Shown here: one piece after another, positions 56,744-64,000 of the stretch
Layout of the letters: every line of letters begins with the position of its first letter
Numbering within the stretch: position 1 is the first letter of the stretch
Assembly (NCBI RefSeq): GCF_053078305.1
Contig: NZ_CP166879.1
Length of the DNA: 64,000 nucleotides
Direction: 5' to 3' (one strand)
Program-made: the position numbers and the translations under genes
Notes under the pieces: model-generated
The model's database searches: none
Told to the model about the DNA's origin: nothing
What the model saw: the letters and a program-made list of their open reading frames with translations, nothing else

Positions 56744-58105
56744 GTGGAAAAAGAAAATATCACCCTCGATCCGCGTTCTTCATTTACTCCATCTTCGTCG
56801 GCAGATATTCCCGTGCCACCAGATGGATTAGTTCAACGCAGTACCCGAATTAAACGCATTCAAACCACCGCCATGTTGTTATTATTTTTTGCGGCGGTAA
56901 TCAATTATCTCGACCGCAGTTCGCTGTCGGTAGCAAATTTGACGATTCGTGAAGAATTGGGCTTAAGTGCCACCGAAATCGGCGCTTTGCTCTCCGTGTT
57001 TTCACTCGCTTACGGCATTGCGCAACTTCCTTGCGGCCCACTATTGGATCGTAAAGGCCCACGCCTGATGCTGGGACTGGGGATGTTCTTCTGGTCACTG
57101 TTCCAGGCCATGTCTGGCATGGTGCACAGCTTTACGCAGTTCGTGTTGGTGCGTATCGGTATGGGGATTGGTGAAGCGCCGATGAACCCATGCGGTGTAA
57201 AAGTCATTAACGACTGGTTCAACATCAAAGAGCGCGGACGCCCGATGGGCTTCTTCAACGCAGCTTCTACCATTGGCGTTGCCGTAAGCCCACCGATTCT
57301 GGCGGCGATGATGCTGGTGATGGGCTGGCGCGGGATGTTTATTACCATTGGTGTACTGGGGATTTTTCTCGCCATCGGCTGGTATATGCTCTATCGCAAC
57401 CGCGAGCACGTAGAACTGACTGCCGTTGAACAAACTTATCTCAATGCAGGTAGCGTCAATGCCCGCCGAGATCCGCTCAGTTTTGCCGAATGGCGCAGCC
57501 TGTTCCGTAACCGCACAATGTGGGGAATGATGCTCGGATTCAGTGGCATCAACTACACTGCGTGGCTGTATCTGGCCTGGCTTCCTGGTTACCTGCAAAC
57601 AGCCTATAACCTGGATTTAAAAAGCACAGGGTTGATGGCGGCTATCCCTTTCCTGTTTGGGGCTGCCGGGATGCTGGTCAACGGTTACGTTACTGACTGG
57701 CTGGTCAAAGGGGGAATGGCTCCGATTAAAAGCCGTAAGATCTGCATTATTGCCGGGATGTTCTGTTCTGCCGCCTTTACGCTGATAGTACCACAAGCGA
57801 CAACATCCATGATGGCGGTTCTGCTGATTGGCATGGCACTGTTCTGTATTCACTTTGCCGGAACATCCTGCTGGGGCTTGATCCACGTCGCAGTTGCTTC
57901 TCGCATGACTGCGTCGGTGGGCAGTATCCAGAACTTTGCCAGCTTCATCTGCGCCTCTTTCGCGCCGATCATTACTGGTTTTATTGTTGATACAACCCAC
58001 TCATTCCGTCTGGCACTAATCATTTGCGGTTGCGTCACCGCAGCGGGAGCACTGGCGTACATCTTCCTGGTTCGTCAGCCGATCAACGACCCGCGTAAAG
58101 ATTAA
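56744..58105 (+). CDS. lgoT: L-galactonate:H+ symporter (MFS)
   Basis: 453-aa ORF, 12-TM MFS profile. Confidence 0.92.
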   Translation: MEKENITLDPRSSFTPSSSADIPVPPDGLVQRSTRIKRIQTTAMLLLFFAAVINYLDRSSLSVANLTIREELGLSATEIGALLSVFSLAYGIAQLPCGPLLDRKGPRLMLGLGMFFWSLFQAMSGMVHSFTQFVLVRIGMGIGEAPMNPCGVKVINDWFNIKERGRPMGFFNAASTIGVAVSPPILAAMMLVMGWRGMFITIGVLGIFLAIGWYMLYRNREHVELTAVEQTYLNAGSVNARRDPLSFAEWRSLFRNRTMWGMMLGFSGINYTAWLYLAWLPGYLQTAYNLDLKSTGLMAAIPFLFGAAGMLVNGYVTDWLVKGGMAPIKSRKICIIAGMFCSAAFTLIVPQATTSMMAVLLIGMALFCIHFAGTSCWGLIHVAVASRMTASVGSIQNFASFICASFAPIITGFIVDTTHSFRLALIICGCVTAAGALAYIFLVRQPINDPRKD

Positions 58106-58153
58106 ACTCCCTATGCCCGATAACATTTTGCTTATCGGGCATTTTTATGGCGA

Positions 58154-59818
58154 TTAAAACGTTTCCCAGTTCTCCCCGCTATCTGCCACTGCCATTTTAC
58201 GCGGCGTAGCTGGCGTCACGGTTTTTACCACAGCCGATGTTTCACGCTGCTGTTGCTGCTGTTGCTGAATCCGGAACACTGCCACAGCTTCGGTCAGGCG
58301 ACTGGCCTGCTCTTCCAGCGCGGCGGCGGCAGCGGCAGATTCTTCCACCAGCGCGGCGTTCTGTTGAGTTACCCGGTCCATCTCAGCAACCGCTAAGCCA
58401 ACCTGATCGATACCACGGCTCTGCTCATCAGAAGCAGAAGCTATTTCGCCCATAATGTCCGTCACGCGGGTCACAGCACTGACAATCTCCGCCATTGTTT
58501 CCCCGGCGCTTTCGACCAGCGTAGAGCCAACATCCACTTTCCCCACCGAGTCTTCAATCAGGCTTTTAATTTCACGAGCCGCCTGGGCGCTACGCTGGGC
58601 CAGATTACGCACTTCTCCCGCAACCACCGCAAAACCACGTCCTTGCTCACCCGCACGCGCTGCTTCAACCGCCGCGTTCAAAGCCAGAATATTGGTCTGG
58701 AAAGCAATGCCGTCAATTACGCTGATAATATCGGCGATTTTCTGCGAACTGGTGGAGATATCACGCATAGTCTGCACCACGTTATCTACCACTTTGCCGC
58801 CGCGTTGCGCCGTTTCAGAAGCACTTAACGCCAGGTGGCTGGCCTGGCGCGCATTCTCGGCGTTCTGTTTCACCGTTGCGGTCAGTTGCTCCATGCTGGC
58901 TGCCGTCTCTTCCAGCGAAGCGGCCTGTTGCTCGGTGCGCGAAGAGAGATCATTATTGCCGGTAGCGATTTCGCTGGCACCGCTATAGATGGCATTGGCC
59001 CCGTTGCGCACATCACCGACGGTACGCATCAGTTCTCCCTGCATATGGCGCAAACTCTCTGCCAGTTGCCCCATCTCATTAGAGCCATCCACCTCAATCG
59101 GTTTCACCAGATCGCCGCCTGCAATATGACGAATGCTGTCAATCAGGCGATTCATTGGCGCTACCAACGAGGCTTTAATACCGAACCAGACGGCGAAGAT
59201 GACCGCCAGTACGACGATCATCACGCCCAACAGAATCCACATCGCCTGGCTGTAGGAGGCATTGTTATCGCTGACGGCGATATCATAGAGCCGATCGTTT
59301 TGCTCCATGTAAGCCACATACTGCTTCTCGAAACCGTCCTGATATCCCTGGGTCGGCTGATCAAAGAACTCGTTGATTTTGCCTGCACCTAACAGTTGGA
59401 TCAGCTCCGCCAGCGCATTGTGATAAATATCGTAATTACGTTTGATCTCTGCCGCTGCGGCGGTGCTCTGACGCGGGTCACGCGGCAACGCTTCGTAATC
59501 CGCCCAGTTTTTTTCCGCCTGTTTCAGCGAAATACTGGCACTCTGCATCAGCTCAGCAACGGTTGAACCGCTACCAATATTATTCTGATCCATCATGTAG
59601 CGGATACCCGCGCGGTTGAGGGTGTTACGCGTCTGCAACAACGCGACCCAGCTGCCATTCAGCGTGGATTGCTGCTGACGAATGGTTTGTAAAACAGTGA
59701 AATTTTCTTTGTCATTCTTTAAGGCATTAAAGAACAGACCGCCTGATGTCAGTTGTAAAAGGCCAAAAACGGCCAAAACCAGCAGTAAGCTGGTCACGAT
59801 CTTGATACGTTTTAACAT
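58154..59818 (-). CDS. tsr: Methyl-accepting chemotaxis protein I (serine chemoreceptor)
   Basis: 554-aa ORF with two TM segments, HAMP, methylation sites, C-terminal NWETF pentapeptide; contains a 7-Gln tract. Confidence 0.96.
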   Translation of the reverse strand: MLKRIKIVTSLLLVLAVFGLLQLTSGGLFFNALKNDKENFTVLQTIRQQQSTLNGSWVALLQTRNTLNRAGIRYMMDQNNIGSGSTVAELMQSASISLKQAEKNWADYEALPRDPRQSTAAAAEIKRNYDIYHNALAELIQLLGAGKINEFFDQPTQGYQDGFEKQYVAYMEQNDRLYDIAVSDNNASYSQAMWILLGVMIVVLAVIFAVWFGIKASLVAPMNRLIDSIRHIAGGDLVKPIEVDGSNEMGQLAESLRHMQGELMRTVGDVRNGANAIYSGASEIATGNNDLSSRTEQQAASLEETAASMEQLTATVKQNAENARQASHLALSASETAQRGGKVVDNVVQTMRDISTSSQKIADIISVIDGIAFQTNILALNAAVEAARAGEQGRGFAVVAGEVRNLAQRSAQAAREIKSLIEDSVGKVDVGSTLVESAGETMAEIVSAVTRVTDIMGEIASASDEQSRGIDQVGLAVAEMDRVTQQNAALVEESAAAAAALEEQASRLTEAVAVFRIQQQQQQQRETSAVVKTVTPATPRKMAVADSGENWETF

Positions 59819-59848
59819 GGTTTCTCTTTCCTGTGGACCGATGCAAGA

Positions 59849-59875
59849 TTTTCGGCCTGAAATGAGAAAACTTTA
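59849..59875 (-). promoter_or_regulatory. Sigma28 (FliA) class III flagellar promoter of tsr
   Basis: Minus strand reads TAAAGTTT - 11 bp - GCCGAAAA (consensus TAAAGTTT-N11-GCCGATAA) about 30-60 bp upstream of the tsr start. Confidence 0.65.
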
Positions 59876-60045
59876 TAGGTAGCGACTTGAAACTGGTTAA
59901 TTTTACCTCACTTTTTTAATTTTTGTTCAAAAATACAATAACCACTTATTGATACATTTTCTGTTCTTATTTTTTTCACACGAATTGTATCTATTTTGAA
60001 CGAAATATTTTATAGAGTGTGGAATTTTAAGAAAGGACATCTGAA

Positions 60046-60588
60046 ATGTTAAACCGTGACTTCGATCATCTCTCAACGCTATTACATCTCTTTTTTGAAC
60101 GTGAGGATATTTGCCAAAAGCTTAATATTATTGACCAAAACAATATCACCGGTTGGGAAGTGTGGTTCCAGGTAGAGTTTGCTAATATGCTCTGCTCAAC
60201 AGACCATGAATGGTGGCGTGAACAAGCACTTTCCTGTGATATGCGCAAAAAACCTGAGCGCCCGACACTACGCACAGATTTCTTACTACGTAAAAAAGGC
60301 TGGGCACAAGATAGCTATATCGCGCTTGAAATAAAACAAAACAGAGACGCGACCAGTTGTGTTAAAAATATGATCGCAGACTTAGAAAAAAGCGCAAAAA
60401 TAAAACGTTCCGAACTCGATTTACGCAGTTTCTGGACCTTGGGTATCACCCCTATGATAGACAGGGAAAGGCTGGACTCTCTCATCGATTGCTATTTAGA
60501 TGAGAAATTTTATCTTACTAAATCTCGTAAAAAACACGTTTTACTTAAAGAAATAAATAACACACCATATTGCTATATTGTTATTTAA
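60046..60588 (+). CDS. Hypothetical protein (180 aa), low GC, with PD-(D/E)xK nuclease-like motif
   Basis: ATG with RBS AAGGA 8 nt upstream; motif ...RTDFLL (D78) ... YIALEIK (E95, K97) with a preceding Glu-rich helix (E38/E44); AT-rich relative to its neighbours. Confidence 0.65.
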   Translation: MLNRDFDHLSTLLHLFFEREDICQKLNIIDQNNITGWEVWFQVEFANMLCSTDHEWWREQALSCDMRKKPERPTLRTDFLLRKKGWAQDSYIALEIKQNRDATSCVKNMIADLEKSAKIKRSELDLRSFWTLGITPMIDRERLDSLIDCYLDEKFYLTKSRKKHVLLKEINNTPYCYIVI

Positions 60589-60685
60589 TATTTATAGCAT
60601 GAATATAATTTTTAAATGAGTTACACAACCGAGGGCTAAAAATCGCTTCGGTTGTGATCATCATCACATAAATAACCTTCATAAA

Positions 60686-60713
60686 CCTTGCTCAAAACCG
60701 CTCAACCGCAAAA
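60686..60713 (+). promoter_or_regulatory. Probable BtsR (YehT) binding site in the btsT promoter
   Basis: Direct repeats ACCGCTCA ... ACCGCTTA (plus ACCGCAAA between them), resembling the ACC(G/A)CT(C/T)A repeat recognised by YehT; about 170-195 bp upstream of btsT. Confidence 0.45.
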
Positions 60714-60880
60714 CTGACCGCTTACGTCCCTAAAATAACCACTCAGTTATTTACCTTACTTTACGCGCGCGTAACTCTGGCAGCATCACTGCAGGATAGC
60801 GGTCAATTTACCTCCTCAAACGCAACGCAAACCTAGAACGGCTTCGGCCAACTATTAATCAATACATGCCAGGTTTTACT

Positions 60881-63031
60881 ATGGATACGAAAAAACTATT
60901 CAAGCACATACCCTGGGTGATTCTCGGAATCATCGGTGCATTCTGCCTCGCGGTAGTTGCATTACGTCGGGGGGAGCACGTCAGTGCCCTGTGGATCGTG
61001 GTCGCCTCTGTGTCGGTGTATCTGGTGGCGTATCGCTACTACAGTCTGTACATCGCCCAGAAGGTGATGAAACTCGACCCTACGCGCGCGACGCCTGCGG
61101 TTATTAACAACGACGGTCTGAACTATGTTCCGACCAACCGTTACGTGTTGTTTGGTCACCACTTCGCCGCTATCGCCGGTGCCGGTCCGCTGGTTGGTCC
61201 GGTGCTCGCCGCGCAGATGGGCTACCTGCCTGGCACGCTGTGGCTGCTGGCGGGGGTAGTGCTGGCCGGTGCGGTACAGGACTTTATGGTGCTGTTTATC
61301 TCCTCTCGCCGTAACGGCGCATCTCTCGGTGAGATGATCAAAGAAGAGATGGGGCCAGTACCGGGGACTATCGCGCTGTTTGGCTGTTTCTTAATCATGA
61401 TCATCATCCTAGCCGTCCTGGCGCTGATTGTGGTTAAAGCCCTGGCCGAAAGTCCGTGGGGTGTCTTCACCGTTTGCTCAACCGTACCGATTGCGCTGTT
61501 TATGGGTATCTACATGCGCTTTATCCGTCCGGGGCGTGTGGGTGAAGTCTCTGTTATTGGTATCGTGCTGCTGGTTGCCTCTATCTACTTCGGTGGCGTG
61601 ATTGCTCACGATCCGTACTGGGGTCCGGCACTGACCTTTAAAGACACCACCATTACCTTCGCGCTGATTGGCTATGCGTTTGTTTCCGCACTGCTGCCGG
61701 TGTGGCTGATCCTCGCACCGCGCGACTATCTGGCAACCTTCCTGAAAATCGGCGTTATCGTCGGCCTGGCGCTGGGTATCGTGGTGCTGAACCCGGAACT
61801 GAAAATGCCTGCGATGACCCAGTACATTGACGGTACTGGCCCGCTGTGGAAAGGCGCTCTGTTCCCGTTCCTGTTCATCACCATCGCCTGTGGTGCGGTA
61901 TCTGGCTTCCACGCGCTGATCTCTTCCGGTACGACGCCGAAACTGCTGGCTAACGAAACCGACGCGCGTTTCATCGGCTACGGCGCAATGCTGATGGAGT
62001 CCTTCGTGGCGATTATGGCGCTGGTTGCAGCGTCCATCATCGAACCGGGTCTTTACTTCGCGATGAACACTCCGCCTGCTGGCCTTGGCATCACCATGCC
62101 TAACCTGCATGAAATGGGTGGCGAGAACGCGCCGATCATCATGGCGCAGCTGAAAGACGTTACCGCACACGCGGCAGCGACCGTCAGCTCCTGGGGCTTC
62201 GTGATTTCGCCAGAGCAGATCCTGCAAACCGCGAAAGACATTGGTGAGCCTTCTGTCCTGAACCGTGCAGGTGGTGCGCCGACGCTGGCGGTAGGTATCG
62301 CTCATGTGTTCCACAAAGTGCTACCGATGGCTGACATGGGCTTCTGGTATCACTTCGGTATTCTGTTCGAAGCCCTGTTCATCCTGACCGCGCTGGATGC
62401 GGGTACCCGTTCTGGCCGCTTTATGCTGCAAGATCTGCTGGGTAACTTCATCCCGTTCCTGAAAAAAACCGACTCTCTGGTTGCCGGTATCATCGGTACT
62501 GCGGGCTGTGTGGGTCTGTGGGGCTACCTGCTGTATCAGGGCGTGGTCGATCCGCTGGGCGGCGTTAAGAGCCTGTGGCCGCTGTTCGGTATCTCCAACC
62601 AGATGCTGGCAGCCGTAGCGCTGGTACTGGGCACCGTTGTGCTGATTAAGATGAAGCGCACCCAATACATCTGGGTAACTGTTGTTCCGGCTGTATGGCT
62701 GCTTATCTGCACCACCTGGGCGCTGGGCCTGAAACTGTTCAGCACCAACCCGCAGATGGAAGGCTTCTTCTACATGGCAAGCCAGTACAAAGAGAAGATT
62801 GCTAACGGTACTGACCTGACGGCGCAGCAGATTGCCAACATGAACCACATCGTTGTGAACAACTACACCAACGCGGGCCTGAGTATTCTGTTCCTGATTG
62901 TGGTGTACAGCATCATCTTCTACGGTTTCAAAACCTGGCTTGCGGTGCGTAACAGCGACAAACGTACTGACAAAGAAACACCGTACGTTCCAATCCCGGA
63001 AGGCGGCGTGAAGATCTCTTCGCACCACTAA
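60881..63031 (+). CDS. btsT: Pyruvate/H+ symporter BtsT (CstA family)
   Basis: ORF 60866..63031; start placed at MDTKKLFKHIPWVILGIIGAFCLAVVALRRGEH (716 aa); polytopic membrane protein. Confidence 0.95.
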   Translation: MDTKKLFKHIPWVILGIIGAFCLAVVALRRGEHVSALWIVVASVSVYLVAYRYYSLYIAQKVMKLDPTRATPAVINNDGLNYVPTNRYVLFGHHFAAIAGAGPLVGPVLAAQMGYLPGTLWLLAGVVLAGAVQDFMVLFISSRRNGASLGEMIKEEMGPVPGTIALFGCFLIMIIILAVLALIVVKALAESPWGVFTVCSTVPIALFMGIYMRFIRPGRVGEVSVIGIVLLVASIYFGGVIAHDPYWGPALTFKDTTITFALIGYAFVSALLPVWLILAPRDYLATFLKIGVIVGLALGIVVLNPELKMPAMTQYIDGTGPLWKGALFPFLFITIACGAVSGFHALISSGTTPKLLANETDARFIGYGAMLMESFVAIMALVAASIIEPGLYFAMNTPPAGLGITMPNLHEMGGENAPIIMAQLKDVTAHAAATVSSWGFVISPEQILQTAKDIGEPSVLNRAGGAPTLAVGIAHVFHKVLPMADMGFWYHFGILFEALFILTALDAGTRSGRFMLQDLLGNFIPFLKKTDSLVAGIIGTAGCVGLWGYLLYQGVVDPLGGVKSLWPLFGISNQMLAAVALVLGTVVLIKMKRTQYIWVTVVPAVWLLICTTWALGLKLFSTNPQMEGFFYMASQYKEKIANGTDLTAQQIANMNHIVVNNYTNAGLSILFLIVVYSIIFYGFKTWLAVRNSDKRTDKETPYVPIPEGGVKISSHH

Positions 63032-63080
63032 CCGTGTTTAGCCCCGCTTCGGCGGGGCTTTGTTCTTATCAGAGTGAACT

Positions 63081-63284
63081 ATGTTTGGTAACTTAGGACA
63101 GGCAAAAAAATATCTCGGCCAGGCGGCGAAGATGTTGATTGGTATTCCAGACTACGACAACTACGTCGAGCATATGAAGACCAACCATCCCGACAAGCCG
63201 TACATGAGCTATGAAGAATTCTTCCGCGAACGCCAGAACGCGCGCTACGGCGGCGATGGTAAAGGCGGTATGCGCTGTTGTTAA
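63081..63284 (+). CDS. yjiX: YjiX, DUF466 small protein
   Basis: 67-aa ORF immediately downstream of btsT ([67 protein letters not shown]). Confidence 0.9.
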
Positions 63285-63294
63285 TGGAGAGAGC

Positions 63295-64000
63295 ATGAAC
63301 CCGATTGCAGTAACCCTACTCACCGGTTTTTTAGGCGCGGGAAAAACCACCCTGCTGCGCCATATTCTTAACGAACAACACGGCTACAAGATTGCCGTGA
63401 TTGAAAACGAATTCGGCGAAGTCTCCGTTGATGATCAATTGATTGGCGACCGCGCCACGCAGATCAAAACGCTGACCAACGGCTGCATCTGCTGTTCGCG
63501 CTCCAACGAGCTGGAGGACGCGCTACTCGACCTGCTGGATAATCTCGACAAGGGCAATATTCAGTTCGATCGTCTGGTCATTGAATGCACCGGCATGGCC
63601 GATCCCGGCCCGATTATTCAGACCTTTTTCTCCCATGAGATTTTATGCCAGCGTTACCTGCTGGACGGCGTGATTGCGCTGGTGGATGCGGTACATGCCG
63701 ATGAGCAGATGAACCAGTTCACCATCGCCCAGTCCCAGGTTGGCTACGCCGACCGTATTCTGCTGACCAAAACCGACGTCGCAGGCGAAGCAGAAAAACT
63801 GCGCGAACGCCTGGCGCGCATCAACGCCCGTGCACCGGTCTACACCGTTACCCACGGCGACATCGACCTGGGCCTGCTGTTCAACACCAACGGTTTTATG
63901 CTGGAAGAAAACGTCGTCAGCACCAAACCGCGTTTCCACTTTATCGCGGATAAACAAAACGATATTTCGTCGATTGTGGTAGAACTGGATTACCCGGTAG
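63295..64000 (+). CDS. yjiA: CobW/YjiA-family P-loop GTPase, 5' portion; continues beyond the window end
   Basis: ATG at 63295; translation MNPIAVTLLTGFLGAGKTTLLRHILNEQHGYKIAVIENEFGEV... with Walker A GFLGAGKTT and GCICCS motif. Confidence 0.9.
   Translation, partial: MNPIAVTLLTGFLGAGKTTLLRHILNEQHGYKIAVIENEFGEVSVDDQLIGDRATQIKTLTNGCICCSRSNELEDALLDLLDNLDKGNIQFDRLVIECTGMADPGPIIQTFFSHEILCQRYLLDGVIALVDAVHADEQMNQFTIAQSQVGYADRILLTKTDVAGEAEKLRERLARINARAPVYTVTHGDIDLGLLFNTNGFMLEENVVSTKPRFHFIADKQNDISSIVVELDYPV

Noticed and set aside
58455-59392. Plus-strand ORFs of 177 and 185 aa
   Set aside because: Antisense to tsr.
61478-63028. Two long minus-strand ORFs (278 aa and 235 aa)
   Set aside because: Both are antisense to btsT; composition is Arg/His-rich junk typical of shadow frames.

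Overview
This window is Escherichia coli chromosome, read in the reverse orientation to the K-12 MG1655 convention and spanning the conventional origin of numbering (MG1655 position 1 maps to about window 6070). Gene order is yaaA' - yaaX - thrCBA - thrL | lasT - yjjY - arcA - creDCBA - rob - gpmB - yjjX - trpR - slt - ettA - [about 5.3 kb accessory island] - nadR - radA - serB - ytjB - lplA - [small HTH ORF plus 9-mer repeats where K-12 has yjjJ] - deoDBAC - yjjI - yjjW - yjjV - yjjU - ytjA - osmY - prfC - yjjG - rimI - holD - rsmC - leuQPV - yjjZ - fhuF - bglJ - yjjQ - yjjP - yjjB - dnaT - dnaC - yjjA - opgB - lgoD - lgoR - lgoT - tsr - [AT-rich single-gene islet] - btsT - yjiX - yjiA'. Most of the window is ordinary core genome, and gene calls rest on ORF-track translations that I recognise as well-known E. 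coli proteins. Three places look strain-specific relative to my recollection of K-12: the island between ettA and nadR (LysR regulator, aldo-keto reductase, SDR, SRPBCC protein, DUF1471 protein, decayed OYE reductase, lipoprotein, antitoxin-like remnant); the lplA-deoD junction; and the tsr-btsT islet. The best candidate for something undescribed is the tsr-btsT islet, a low-GC 180-aa ORF with a PD-(D/E)xK-like nuclease signature, sitting a few kb from where K-12 carries its mrr/hsd/mcr restriction cluster. All comparisons to K-12 coordinates are from memory, and no database search or alignment was run. No rRNA, CRISPR array, IS element or integrase was seen.
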